Assembly: GCA_963833365.1 (NCBI GenBank)
Contig: CAWHXS010000012.1
Span: 166,767-230,766 of the forward strand
Source: an uncultured Gemmatimonadales bacterium
Lineage (GTDB): Bacteria; Gemmatimonadota; Gemmatimonadetes; Gemmatimonadales; GWC2-71-9
Length of the DNA stretch: 64,000 nt
Direction of reading: 5' to 3'
Positions within the stretch are counted from its first letter, which is position 1. Each line of letters begins with the position of its first letter. Of this stretch, positions 1 to 8,898 are shown piece by piece. The notes below the pieces were generated by a model. It was given only the letters and a program-made list of their open reading frames with translations, did not search any database and had not been told where the DNA came from. The translations under genes and the position numbers were made by a program.

Positions 1-36
1 CAGCTGTGCATCACTCGTAACCTTAGAGGAGTCCCA

Positions 37-201
37 ATGAAGAAGGTTCTCACGCTGGCCGCCCTGCTCGCTCTGACGGCGTGCGGTCCGAAGAAGGCCC
101 AGACTCCGCCGGCCGACTCGACCATGGGTGCGCCGGCACCGGCCGACTCAGGCGCCATGAAGTCGGACAGCATGCCCCGCGACACCGCGCACTCGATGTA
201 A
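37..201 (+). CDS. small hypothetical lipoprotein (54 aa)
   Basis: ATG at 37 with AGGAG at 27-31. N-terminus MKKVLTLAALLALTAC gives a signal peptide plus lipobox (L-T-A-C). TAA at 199-201. Shorter than the 60-aa ORF-track cut-off. Followed by an intrinsic terminator. Confidence 0.55.
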   Translation: MKKVLTLAALLALTACGPKKAQTPPADSTMGAPAPADSGAMKSDSMPRDTAHSM

Positions 202-234
202 TCGCCGGGTCGCAATTGCTGAATCGCCACTCGG

Positions 235-262
235 GGGCCGCCACAAGGCGGCCCTTGTGTTT
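235..262 (+). terminator. Rho-independent terminator after the small lipoprotein gene
   Basis: GGGCCGCC (235-242), loop ACAA, GGCGGCCC (247-254), then the T-rich tail TTGTGTTT (255-262). Confidence 0.6.
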
Positions 263-281
263 CATGGAATGGTGATCTGGA

Positions 282-1271
282 TCACGCGAGCAGCAGGTCT
301 ACGTCGAAGGGCAGGGCGACGACGATGGCCGGCCGGCCCGACGCGGTCACGAATGACCCTGGTTCCACCTCGCGACGAAGCAGCGCGAGGGCCACGGATC
401 GGTCGGGGAGGAAGAGGGTGGAGCGCACCGTGCCGACTTCCTTGCCGTCATCGGTGGTAACCGAAGTCCCCGGAGGCAGGTCTCCCTCCTGCCAGATGAG
501 CCCGCGCAGCCCACGATTGGTATGGCCGCGGAAGTGCAACCGGGCCACTGTTTCCTGCCCGGTATAGCAACCCTTGGTATACGAGACCCCATCGAGTTCG
601 TCGTAGCGGACTTCCTGGGGCAGCGTCTTCTCTCCGATCTCGGCACCCAATGCGGGCCATCCCGCGAGGATCCGGGCGGCCGCCGTCTCCCGCTCGTCTC
701 CCACGGTTGCCCCGGCCCGGGTCAGCGCCGCGATCGCCTTCTCGATTTCCTCATTGGCTCCCGTCACCAGCGCTTGAAACGGTGCCTTGGGGTGGGGCCT
801 CGCAATCAGGAGTTCGGAGTCGGGGGCGCCCTCGGCGAGTCTGCCTTCGGCTTCCGGTACCGGTCCGATTCGGGAGAAGCGCAGGGTACCCAACACATTC
901 TCGCCGAACAGCCAGAGCACGCTCATTTGCCCGGTGAGATCCTCCATCCGGGCCAGTCGAGGCGGTAACTGGCGCTGGAAGAGATCGAGGGCGGCCTCGC
1001 GGCCATCGCGCTCCGCCAGCAGCAGGAATCCCTGCGGCCGCCGTAGCACCCAGAAATCCACCACGATCATCCCCTTCGGAGTGAGCAGCGCGCCATACAC
1101 CAGGCTGTGATCACCCGGTTTGACGAGATCGTTGGTAAGCAACCCCTGGAGACACTGGAGCGCCCCCATGCCGGTAACATTGAACGCCGCAGGCTCGGTC
1201 CGAACCACCACCGCTCCCTGGCGGAGGCGATCGAGTCGCGCGCGATCGAGGGAAACCCGGGGAGCGCTCAT
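282..1271 (-). CDS. ygfZ: YgfZ/GcvT-family folate-binding protein
   Basis: ORF 282..1319 trimmed to the ATG at 1271 (MSAPRVSL...). That ATG overlaps the TGA of the upstream HAD gene (ATGA). It carries the YgfZ signature YTKGCYTGQETVARLHFRG. Confidence 0.8.
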   Translation of the reverse strand: MSAPRVSLDRARLDRLRQGAVVVRTEPAAFNVTGMGALQCLQGLLTNDLVKPGDHSLVYGALLTPKGMIVVDFWVLRRPQGFLLLAERDGREAALDLFQRQLPPRLARMEDLTGQMSVLWLFGENVLGTLRFSRIGPVPEAEGRLAEGAPDSELLIARPHPKAPFQALVTGANEEIEKAIAALTRAGATVGDERETAAARILAGWPALGAEIGEKTLPQEVRYDELDGVSYTKGCYTGQETVARLHFRGHTNRGLRGLIWQEGDLPPGTSVTTDDGKEVGTVRSTLFLPDRSVALALLRREVEPGSFVTASGRPAIVVALPFDVDLLLA

Positions 1272-1927
1272 GCGGACCAGGGGAGTTCGTCGGCGGTGTG
1301 ACCCTGGAGATCCTGCCATACCAGGTCGGCACCCCGGAGATCAGTCGCCGAATGGGAAGTGGCGACCATCGCACAGCGAATCCCTGCGCGGCGGGCGGCG
1401 CCCAGGCCGGGAAGGGAGTCCTCGATTATCACGCATTGTTCGCACGACAATGCCAGCGTTTCGCGCGCCCGCTCGAAGCCCTGGGGATCGGGCTTGCAGG
1501 CATTCACGTCTTCCGAGGCTATCACCACCCCGAACAACTCCTGCAATCCGGCGAGCGACAGTACCAGCTCTATCTCCCGGCGTAACGCGCCGGAGACGAC
1601 GGCGAGACGGTAGCCTTTGCGGGACGCGTCCCGAATGAAGTCGGTTGAGCCTGGCACCAGCGTCATGGATTGGCGAATGGCCTTCTCGTACAGGGTTGCC
1701 TTGCGCTCGATCGCGTGATCGAGCACACCGTCATCGGCCCGAAGCCGGCTCCGCTCGAAGGCGAACCGGAAACACTCCCTGTCGTCGAAGCCGAGGTAAT
1801 CGCGATAGTAGTCGTCACGGCTGAGCGGGAGACCGTACTCAGCGAGGGTCGCGATCAGCGCGTCGCAATGCTGGGGTTCGTCATCGACGATGACCCCATT
1901 GAAATCGAAGAGGATGGCGCGGTCCAT
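1268..1927 (-). CDS. HAD-IA family hydrolase (beta-phosphoglucomutase-like)
   Basis: ORF 1268..2314 trimmed to Met130 (MDRAILFDFNGVIVDDE...). HAD motif I is DFNGV. The later motifs are VVSGA and IIEDSLPGLGAARRAG. Confidence 0.8.
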   Translation of the reverse strand: MDRAILFDFNGVIVDDEPQHCDALIATLAEYGLPLSRDDYYRDYLGFDDRECFRFAFERSRLRADDGVLDHAIERKATLYEKAIRQSMTLVPGSTDFIRDASRKGYRLAVVSGALRREIELVLSLAGLQELFGVVIASEDVNACKPDPQGFERARETLALSCEQCVIIEDSLPGLGAARRAGIRCAMVATSHSATDLRGADLVWQDLQGHTADELPWSA

Positions 1928-1974
1928 CCTGAAAAGTAGCAGGGACTGAAGAGAAAGGACTGAGGACCGAGCGG

Positions 1975-3234
1975 TCAGGCATAGACTCCGCCGACCTCGT
2001 ACGACCAATCCAGCAGCTCCACCGGGTGGGCCACCCGAATCGGGAGACGAGCCGCGCGTAGCCCGGCTCCGATTTGCATGTGACACCCTGGATTCCCGGT
2101 CGCCACGAAATCGAGCCGAGGCGTGGCCTCGGCAAATGACGAGATCTTGGTCTCCAGAACCGCTCGCGACATGGCGGGCTCCAGGGCGGAGAAGATGCCC
2201 GCGCTGCCGCAACAGCGGTCCGAGCCGGGCAGCACCCGGAGCCGGAGTCCCGGAACGGCGTTGAGCACGGCCAGCGGCGCAGCCTGAACTCGCTGGGCGT
2301 GTTGCAGGTGACAAGGGGCGTCGTAGGCGACCTCGAGTGAAAGCTCTCCGCCGGGGACAGGACCTGCATCGGCAAGGAGCTCCGAAACGTCACGCACCCG
2401 GTGGCCGAAGGCATCTCCCTCCGCCGTGCCCAGCAGATGCCCGTAGTCCTTAAGCAGAGCACCGCACCCCGCGCTGTTTACTACCACCGGTTCGGTGCCG
2501 GGCCCGAATGCCGCGAGATTGGCCCGGGCCAGACGAACCGCACCGGGGTGGTCGCCGGCATGGGCGTGCAGGGCGCCGCAACAGATCTGTCCTTCTGTCT
2601 CGACTACCTGATAACCATTTGCCTCGAGAGTGCGGCGAGTCGCCGCGTGAACGTGGGAGAACAATCCGTTCATGATGCAGCCGGTGAAGATGCGGACCGT
2701 GCCTCGTGAACCGCTCGGCACTCGGCGTGTCGCGAGGCTTTCCCGATGGACCGGTTTGGTCGCCGCGATCATCCCAAGGCCGAAACCGATCCGTCCGCTC
2801 CCACTCAACGAATCGGCCAGACCGAGGTTCCGCAGCGTCTTCAGCAGGAAGAAGAACGGCTTTCCCCAGAGCGAATTCCCGAATGTCCCGAGCAGGAGGC
2901 GCGCGAGCGGGGAGATGCCGTTCTGTTGCGCGAGGAGCTCACGGGTCGCTTCGAGGCCACGTCCGTATCCCACGCCAGAAGGACAGACCGGCTCGCAGCC
3001 CCGGCAGCCGAGGCAGGTATCGAGGTGTTGACGGGTAGCAGGATCATTCGCTGGAATCTCGTTTCGTTCCAGTGAGCGCATGAGCACGATCCGGCCGCGA
3101 GGACTGTCCGCCTCGTCTCCGGTGACCGCGTAGGTTGGGCATGCCGGCAGGCAGAATCCGCAGTGGACGCAGGGATCCAGCGATGTCAGATCCAGGGTCA
3201 CGAATCGCTGCCCTCGAGTGCCACCGAGAGGCAT
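1975..3234 (-). CDS. glcF: glycolate oxidase iron-sulfur subunit GlcF
   Basis: Two 4Fe-4S motifs, CVHCGFCLPACPTY and CLGCRGCEPVCPSG, plus C-terminal CCG domains. An alternative GTG start at 3201 would overlap the glcE TGA (GTGA). Confidence 0.85.
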   Translation of the reverse strand: MPLGGTRGQRFVTLDLTSLDPCVHCGFCLPACPTYAVTGDEADSPRGRIVLMRSLERNEIPANDPATRQHLDTCLGCRGCEPVCPSGVGYGRGLEATRELLAQQNGISPLARLLLGTFGNSLWGKPFFFLLKTLRNLGLADSLSGSGRIGFGLGMIAATKPVHRESLATRRVPSGSRGTVRIFTGCIMNGLFSHVHAATRRTLEANGYQVVETEGQICCGALHAHAGDHPGAVRLARANLAAFGPGTEPVVVNSAGCGALLKDYGHLLGTAEGDAFGHRVRDVSELLADAGPVPGGELSLEVAYDAPCHLQHAQRVQAAPLAVLNAVPGLRLRVLPGSDRCCGSAGIFSALEPAMSRAVLETKISSFAEATPRLDFVATGNPGCHMQIGAGLRAARLPIRVAHPVELLDWSYEVGGVYA

Positions 3235-4412
3235 CCACGCGGATCAAACGCTTCGCGTAGGCGTCCTACCAGTTGTCCCACGCCTTCCCGATACGCTCCG
3301 AAATGACCGACTGATTGGCGTACTCCCCATGGCGCCCGCTCCAGCGTTACCGGGATTTCGCGGGTCGCGGCAATGCGCCGCAGGGTAACAAGACGATCGG
3401 CGGGGACGTCGCCGGTCCAGCGAATGCTGCCGCTTCCCAAGCCCGCCGAAACAAGGCCTTCATCGAAGTGCTCCCGGACCAGATCGAGCGCGTCGTCCAT
3501 GCCATCGAACAGGACACCCAACCTGACAGTGAGCGGACCGGCGAGGGCTCCTCGCGATGCCAGTCCCCAAAAGGCACTCTCTCTCTGAGAGGCAACGGGA
3601 TCCCAGGTGAGCCCGGTCGCCTTGATGAGCCGTTCACGCTCTGCCTCTACCGCTGCTGTGGCTCCGACCAGGCGCGCGGCGAGCACCCACTCCGCGTCGG
3701 CCGCCAAGGCGGGCGAAAAGAGTTCCAGGGCCACGGCTGCCGACTGGGCTTCCCGTGCATCGCGCCCGACACGGACCATCGCATCCCTCGTCCCCCGGGT
3801 GAGCAGCGTGCTATCAGCCTCGGGCTGGGCGCGCAGTCGAAGGTGCAGCTCGGCGATGACGCCGAATCCACCGAAGCCGCCGACGTGAAGCTTGGTCAAG
3901 TCGTAACCGGCGACGTTCTTCACGACCCGTCCTCCGGCGCTGACCAGGCGTCCGTCTCCGGTCGCCGCGGTACAGCCCAGCACATGATCTCGCACCGGAC
4001 CGAATCCGAGCCGCAGCGGTCCGGCAGTTCCGGTCGCCACGATGGATCCGATAGTGCGCTCGGGTCTCCCCGGAGGATCCATGGCGAGCCACATGCCCTT
4101 CGCGAACAGCTCGCTCTGCAGCGCTTCGATCGGCATCCCGGGCTGCACCGTCGCGACCAGGTCGGCCGGATTCAAGGCGATCAGGCGATTGAGGCTTCTC
4201 GTGCTGAGGCTCAGATCGGCCGGCGCATCCGCGGAGAGCCAGGTGCCGGCTCCCTCGAGACGGAGCTTCCACCCCTCCTCGCTCGCGAGAGCACAGACCA
4301 TCGCTAGCGCGTCGTCGCTCTCGGGCACCGCGCGGGGGAGCCCCTTGGCGTCACGCTCGACACCGCCCGGTCCGAGCAACGCCTGAAGCCGAGTATATAG
4401 CGCCTCGCTCAT
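3198..4412 (-). CDS. glcE: glycolate oxidase FAD-binding subunit GlcE
   Basis: ORF 3198..4544 trimmed to Met45 (MSEALYTRLQ...). That ATG overlaps the glcD TGA (ATGA). FAD-binding PCMH-type domain, located between glcD and glcF. Confidence 0.8.
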   Translation of the reverse strand: MSEALYTRLQALLGPGGVERDAKGLPRAVPESDDALAMVCALASEEGWKLRLEGAGTWLSADAPADLSLSTRSLNRLIALNPADLVATVQPGMPIEALQSELFAKGMWLAMDPPGRPERTIGSIVATGTAGPLRLGFGPVRDHVLGCTAATGDGRLVSAGGRVVKNVAGYDLTKLHVGGFGGFGVIAELHLRLRAQPEADSTLLTRGTRDAMVRVGRDAREAQSAAVALELFSPALAADAEWVLAARLVGATAAVEAERERLIKATGLTWDPVASQRESAFWGLASRGALAGPLTVRLGVLFDGMDDALDLVREHFDEGLVSAGLGSGSIRWTGDVPADRLVTLRRIAATREIPVTLERAPWGVRQSVGHFGAYREGVGQLVGRLREAFDPRGCLSVALEGSDS

Positions 4413-5824
4413 GCGACTCCTGCCTGCCGCCACTCCCGGCAGGTGTGCAGTGGGAAGACCTTGCCGGGATTTGCCCGGGTATCGGGATCGAAGACCCGCC
4501 GTACCGCGCACATCGCTTCGAGAGACGCCGCGCTGAAGGCCCACGGCATGTAATCCATCTTGTCCGATCCTACTCCGTGCTCGCCGGTGATACTTCCGCC
4601 GGCGTCGAGACAGATCCGCATGATCTCCCGGCTGGCTTCCTCGACCTTCGCCGTGAGTCCTGGCTGGCGCCGGTCGAAGCTGATGCAGGGATGCAAATTA
4701 CCGTCGCCCGCGTGGAAGACGTTACTGATCTGAATGCCCAACCGATCCCGAATGCCCGCGATTCGGTCCAGGACATCGGGCAAGGCGGAGCGGGGCACCA
4801 CCGCATCCTGAACCGCGAGGTCCGGCGCCAGCCGTCCCAACGCTCCGAACGCCTTCTTCCTGCCTTGCCACAGCCGAGCCCGGTCGGCGGCGCTCGATGC
4901 GCTCCGCACGTCTCGCGCTCCGTTTTCCCGCAGCAGGCGCTCGATGATCGCCGACTCCGCCTCGACGGTGCGCTCGGAGCCGTCCAGCTCCACGAGCAGC
5001 ACCGCCGCCGCATCGGTCCGGGCCCCGGTGGCGTAGATCGATGCTTCCACCGCCGCGATGCAGGACTGGTCCATCATCTCCAGTGCCGCGGGAACGATTC
5101 CCGAGGAGACGATGGCGGTCACCGCCTCGCTCGCATCGCGCAGCGCCAGAAACTCGGCGAACACCGTGCGCACCGCTGGCGGGATCGGTTCGAGCCGAAC
5201 GGTGATGGCGAGGGCCACGCCGAACATCCCCTCGCTCCCGACAAACAGGCCGACCAGGTCTGGTCCCCAGGGCTCTCCATGCGGGGAACCCAGATGAACC
5301 GTGTCACCGCTGGGCAGCACGACCTCCACTTCGGTGACGTGGTTCGTGGTGACGCCGTACTTGAGGCAGTGGGGCCCGCCGGCATTCTCCGCCACGTTGC
5401 CTCCGATGGTGCACGCGCTCTGACTCGAAGGATCGGGCACGTAGTGCAGCCCGAATTTCTGGGCCGCCTCGGAGAGACGAAGGTTCACGACGCCGGGCTC
5501 GACCACCGCACGGCGCCGTTCCGGTTGAATCGCCAGAATCCGGTTCAAGCGAGTGAGGGTGATGAGCACGGTATCCGGATCGGCCAGAGCTCCGCCGGAG
5601 AGTCCAGTGCCGGCACCCCGGGCCACAAAGGGGACGCCGCGGTCCCTGAGCTCCCGCAGCACCTCGATCACCTCGGCCCGGGATCCCGGCAGCACCACGA
5701 GGCCAGGGGTGGATTCGTGAGTCGGGAGTCCATCGGCCCGGTACGTGGCAAGCTCGGCGGCCCGGGTTCGGACCCAGCGAGATCCGACGATACGACTCAT
5801 CCGCTCGCCAAGATCCGGCTTCAT
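4409..5824 (-). CDS. glcD: glycolate oxidase subunit GlcD (FAD-linked oxidase)
   Basis: 471-aa ORF with FAD-binding type 4 and FAD-oxidase C domains (GAGTGLSGGA, HAGDGNLHP). First gene of the glcDEF order. Confidence 0.9.
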   Translation of the reverse strand: MKPDLGERMSRIVGSRWVRTRAAELATYRADGLPTHESTPGLVVLPGSRAEVIEVLRELRDRGVPFVARGAGTGLSGGALADPDTVLITLTRLNRILAIQPERRRAVVEPGVVNLRLSEAAQKFGLHYVPDPSSQSACTIGGNVAENAGGPHCLKYGVTTNHVTEVEVVLPSGDTVHLGSPHGEPWGPDLVGLFVGSEGMFGVALAITVRLEPIPPAVRTVFAEFLALRDASEAVTAIVSSGIVPAALEMMDQSCIAAVEASIYATGARTDAAAVLLVELDGSERTVEAESAIIERLLRENGARDVRSASSAADRARLWQGRKKAFGALGRLAPDLAVQDAVVPRSALPDVLDRIAGIRDRLGIQISNVFHAGDGNLHPCISFDRRQPGLTAKVEEASREIMRICLDAGGSITGEHGVGSDKMDYMPWAFSAASLEAMCAVRRVFDPDTRANPGKVFPLHTCREWRQAGVA

Positions 5825-6468
5825 CCCTCGGCGACGATCTCGTGATGAGGGCCGCCCACCCCGTTGCTGGGCGCACGGAGATGGACCTCGACCCGGGTAC
5901 TCGCCTCGCGCAGCAACGGAGGGAGCACTTCGATGAGCACCTTGACTCGCGCGGTGGTGGAACGAGTCGCGAGCAGCCGCACCCGAATCTCGAGTGGAGC
6001 CTCAAGCAGTGCCGCGACCTGAAATGAGAGCGGGACTGGCTTGCTGGACCACTCGGCTGACTCACCGCCCCCGTCCATCAGCACTCGAAGCAACTCCCGG
6101 TAGCGCCCCGCGAGTTCGATGAGTGCGCTCTGGTCCTGGGGCGTGGGAGCGCTCTCGGGACGATCCTCATAGTCCTCGGTTTGACCCATCAGGTACGGAT
6201 GCTGGGCGGCTTCGATTGCGAGCAGCCTGAATCGCTTTTCTCCCATGACGACGATGTTGGACCTGCCGTCGGCCAGTGGCTGGGCCACCCGGATGTGGCC
6301 GATACAGCCCACTGCCCCCGGCTCCGCCTGCTCTCCGGGCACCAGGCCGAAGCGGCGGTCCCCCTCGAGACAGTCCGCCAGCATCTGCCGGTAGCGGGGC
6401 TCGAAGATGTGGAGCGGCATCGGGGCGCCGGGAAACAGTACGGTTGTGAGGGGGAAGAGAGGGAGCAT
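5821..6468 (-). CDS. LON peptidase N-terminal (substrate-binding) domain protein
   Basis: ORF 5821..6594 trimmed to Met43 (MLPLFPLTTVLFPGAPMPLHIFEPRYRQM). The upstream part of the ORF is read from a repeat arm. Its stop overlaps the glcD ATG (ATGA). Confidence 0.75.
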   Translation of the reverse strand: MLPLFPLTTVLFPGAPMPLHIFEPRYRQMLADCLEGDRRFGLVPGEQAEPGAVGCIGHIRVAQPLADGRSNIVVMGEKRFRLLAIEAAQHPYLMGQTEDYEDRPESAPTPQDQSALIELAGRYRELLRVLMDGGGESAEWSSKPVPLSFQVAALLEAPLEIRVRLLATRSTTARVKVLIEVLPPLLREASTRVEVHLRAPSNGVGGPHHEIVAEG

Positions 6469-6496
6469 GGTTGGAAAGTAGGTGGTGCCGGGGGGA

Positions 6497-6610
6497 GGGT
6501 AGTAGGTGGTGGGTAGTGGGGGGAGAAAACGAAACCCCCTGAGGTTACTCCAGGGGGTGCCATTCGTCAGTCCACTGTTGTTCTCTCCCACCACCCACTA
6601 CCCACTACCC
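6497..6610. repeat. heptamer-arm hairpin (GGGTAGT / CCCACTA family)
   Basis: The left arm GGGTAGTAGGTGGTGGGTAGTGGG (6497-6520) matches the reverse complement of the right arm CCCACCACCCACTACCCACTACCC (6587-6610) at 21/24 positions. The loop contains the rpoD terminator. Confidence 0.85.
6524..6557 (-). terminator. Rho-independent terminator of the sigma-factor gene
   Basis: On the minus strand: CCCCCTG-(9 nt)-CAGGGGG stem-loop (6557 to 6535) followed by TTTCGTTTTCT (6534 to 6524). It lies about 55 nt downstream of the rpoD stop codon. Confidence 0.6.
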
Positions 6611-6611
6611 A

Positions 6612-7513
6612 TTACGCCGCCACCCAGTGCCCTGCCAGCCCCTTCACATCCGGCGACTGGCGCAGCTTCTCGAAGGCGCGTTCGCGGATCTGGCGGATGC
6701 GTTCCCGGGTTACGCCCAGCAGCTCGCCGATCTTCTCCAGCGTCAGACGCCTCGGAGCCTTCCTCGAGCCCGTAGTAGAGGTAGAGGATCTTGCGCTCGC
6801 GTGGAGTCAGGTAGCGCTCGAAGATGCGATCGATGAACTCGCGAGTGAGCCGCGCGTCGGTCTTCTCCTCGATGTCGAATCCTTCGGCGCCCGGCGAAGC
6901 GCTCACCGAGCGTTCCCGCATTCTTGTCGCCCCGCTCCAGGGGAGCGTCAAGCGAAAGCTCCGCCGACGTCATGCGTCTGGCGGAGCGGATATTGTCGAC
7001 CGAGTCGTTCAGTGCCATGGCGATCTCTTCGTCGGTCGGCTCGCGTCCCAGCTCCTGCGACGAGGAAGGTCTCGGCGCGGCGACATCTTGATGAGCGCCG
7101 AGTTCTGGTTGAGCGGGATGCGTACGCTGCGAGTCTGTTCGGCAAGCGCCTTGAGCACCGCTTGGCGCACCCACCAGACCGCGTAGGAGATGAACTTCAC
7201 GCCGTGATCGGGATCGAATTTCCGGACTGCCTTGAGGAGCCCTTCGTTGCCGATCGCCACCAGCTCGGCGAGATCCAGACCGTGGCCCTGATACTTCTTC
7301 ACGTAGGAGATTACGAATCGGAGGTTCGCCGTCACGAGGCGTTCCGCCGACTTTCTCGACATCCCTTTTGCGACTAGCCGGGCCAGCCGTTTCTCCTCGG
7401 CGGGATCGGTGATCATCGGCAATTTTTGAATGTCCTGCAGATACTGGTCGAACGCGCCGGTGGCAACTGGACGAAAGAAGACCTTGCCCCGGCTCTCGTT
7501 GGAGTGACGCCAT
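6612..7513 (-). pseudogene. rpoD: primary sigma-70 factor, short Bacteroidetes/FCB type; at least 4 frameshifts as assembled
   Basis: The protein can be followed across three frames. The N-terminus is MASLQRE (ATG 7513). Next come ...FDQYLQDIQKLPMITDPAEEKRLA...ANLRFVISYVKKYQGHGLDL..EGLLKAVRKFDPDHGVKFISYAVWWVRQAVLKALAEQTRSVRIPLNQ. Then ...ELGREPTDEEIAMALNDSVDNIRSARRMTSAELSLDAPL. Then ...FIDRIFERYLTPRERKILYLYYGLEEG. The end is ...LTLEKIGELLGVTRERIRQIRERAFEKLRQ, with TAA at 6612-6614. Shifts are near 7490, 7070, 6900 and 6755. Confidence 0.8.
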
Positions 7514-7592
7514 AGACTCCCCGAGCGGAAGTGCTGCTGAGTTTTGTTCGGAAGGGAGGCGGCCCAGCGGTGGCCGTCAAAAAAGGTGTGCG

Positions 7593-7621
7593 AATATAGG
7601 ACGCCCTGGAGAGGCGGTCAA
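7593..7621 (-). promoter_or_regulatory. candidate sigma-70-type promoter of rpoD
   Basis: On the minus strand: TTGACC (7621-7616), a 17-nt spacer, TATATT (7598-7593). This is about 80 nt upstream of the ATG at 7513. Confidence 0.45.
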
Positions 7622-7631
7622 GCATTTTTAG

Positions 7632-7806
7632 TTTTCCACATCACAAATCGTTCAGCACCAGACGATTCCAAGTTTTGTCCACCTTTCCACAGCTTTCCAC
7701 AATTGCCGCGATTCAATACAATCTGGTAACTGATTGTCGTACAGTAGGTTACAAGAGGGGGAAAGGTGGAGAGCTGTGGAAGGCGTGTGGTGCGTTGTGT
7801 GAATCA
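7632..7806. promoter_or_regulatory. cluster of DnaA-box-like 9-mers around an AT-richer spacer
   Basis: Forward boxes: TTTTCCACA 7632-7640, TTGTCCACC 7675-7683, CTTTCCACA 7683-7691, CTTTCCACA 7693-7701. Reverse boxes: GGTGGAGAG 7765-7773 (weak), TGTGGAAGG 7775-7783, TGTGAATCA 7798-7806. Confidence 0.5.
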
Positions 7807-8898
7807 GCTGCGCTGGACCAAAACCTCCATGATCATCGTGCTATCCACCGGCACAGTCCACTGTCCGTTTGCGACGTGCATTCGACCCACATCTTCCGGC
7901 AATGCGAGATGAATCGTTCCGGCGCGATTTTTCTTGTCGCGCGTTAGCGCTTGCATGAGACGGGTGAGATCGCGCGGGCTCTGCAACTCGGTCGGCAGGC
8001 CGAGCGCGCCCGCGAGGCTGGAGATTTGTTGTGAGAGTCCGCTTCGAGCGATTCCCATTCGCTCCGCAATCTGGGTCTCCGCAATCAGCCCTAGGGCGAC
8101 CGCTTCACCGTGAGCCAGTTGAAAACCGGATTCGGTCTCCAGCGCGTGCGCCACGGTATGACCCGCATTGAGAATCGCGCGCCGCCCCGACTCCCGTTCG
8201 TCCGCGCTGACCACCTCGGCCTTGATCTCGACACTTCGCCGAATCAGGTCCACCAGGGTTTCCTTGGACCGCGCGACGAGGCCAGAGGCATGGTTGTCGA
8301 TCCAATCGAAATAGCCAGCGTCCGCGATGACGCCGTGCTTGATCGCTTCGGCAAATCCGGCGCGGTAGTCGGCTGCCGGCAGGTCCATCAGGGTAGCCGG
8401 ATCGGAGACGACGATCGCCGGCGGGTGGAAGGCTCCGATCAGGTTTTTCCCCTGCGGTGTATCGACCCCGACCTTCCCGCCGACCGAGGCGTCGAGCATC
8501 GCAAGCAGCGTCGTGGGGACCTGAGCATAAGGAACGCCGCGGCAGTAGGTGGCGGCCACGAATCCCGCCATGTCTCCCACCACGCCTCCGCCAATCGCTA
8601 CGATCGCCGAGTCGCGGCCGAAGCCCCGGGCGAGCAGCTCGTCGGAGAGCCGGGTCCAGGTCTCGCGGGTCTTGGATTCTTCCCCCGCGGGGAAGATGAG
8701 AGTGGCCTCGGCGCGCACAGCGTTTCCCTGAGCCCACTTGTCGTACAACGCCGCGACGTGGCTGTCGGTGATGATCGCCAGACGACGTTCTCCCCAGAGA
8801 CCGGCCAGCATCTCGGGAAGACCCGCCAGCGCCCCGACATCGACATAAACCGGATAGTTCCCCAGCGCGTGAGCGACCGGGATAGGAGGCCTCACCAC
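7804..8898 (-). CDS. aroB: 3-dehydroquinate synthase
   Basis: 364-aa ORF (GTG start) with GGGVVGDMAGFVAATYCRGVPYAQVPTTLLAMLDASVGGKVGVD and the metal-binding HTVAHALE region. Confidence 0.9.
   Translation of the reverse strand: MVRPPIPVAHALGNYPVYVDVGALAGLPEMLAGLWGERRLAIITDSHVAALYDKWAQGNAVRAEATLIFPAGEESKTRETWTRLSDELLARGFGRDSAIVAIGGGVVGDMAGFVAATYCRGVPYAQVPTTLLAMLDASVGGKVGVDTPQGKNLIGAFHPPAIVVSDPATLMDLPAADYRAGFAEAIKHGVIADAGYFDWIDNHASGLVARSKETLVDLIRRSVEIKAEVVSADERESGRRAILNAGHTVAHALETESGFQLAHGEAVALGLIAETQIAERMGIARSGLSQQISSLAGALGLPTELQSPRDLTRLMQALTRDKKNRAGTIHLALPEDVGRMHVANGQWTVPVDSTMIMEVLVQRS

Noticed and set aside
1268-2314. Full-length ORF-track coordinates with long N-terminal extensions. Examples: 1268..2314, 3198..4544, 8892..9608, 13186..15042, 45274..46281, 45861..46544, 60028..61803, 27881..29020.
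   Set aside because: The extensions overlap the upstream gene or repeat arms and have junk composition. Internal starts that give family-typical N-termini, often with ATGA-type overlap to the upstream stop, were used instead.
4445-5845. Long ORFs antisense to, or out of frame with, the called genes. Examples: 4445..5845 (+), 50127..51635 (-), 11624..12445 (+), 8110..8925 (+), 19633..20391 (-), 38065-overlapping 37843..39324 (+), 60808..61848 (-).
   Set aside because: These are typical high-GC shadow ORFs. Their translations are Arg/Pro/Gly-rich with no recognisable motifs. Each is fully overlapped by a gene with clear family signatures on the other strand or frame.
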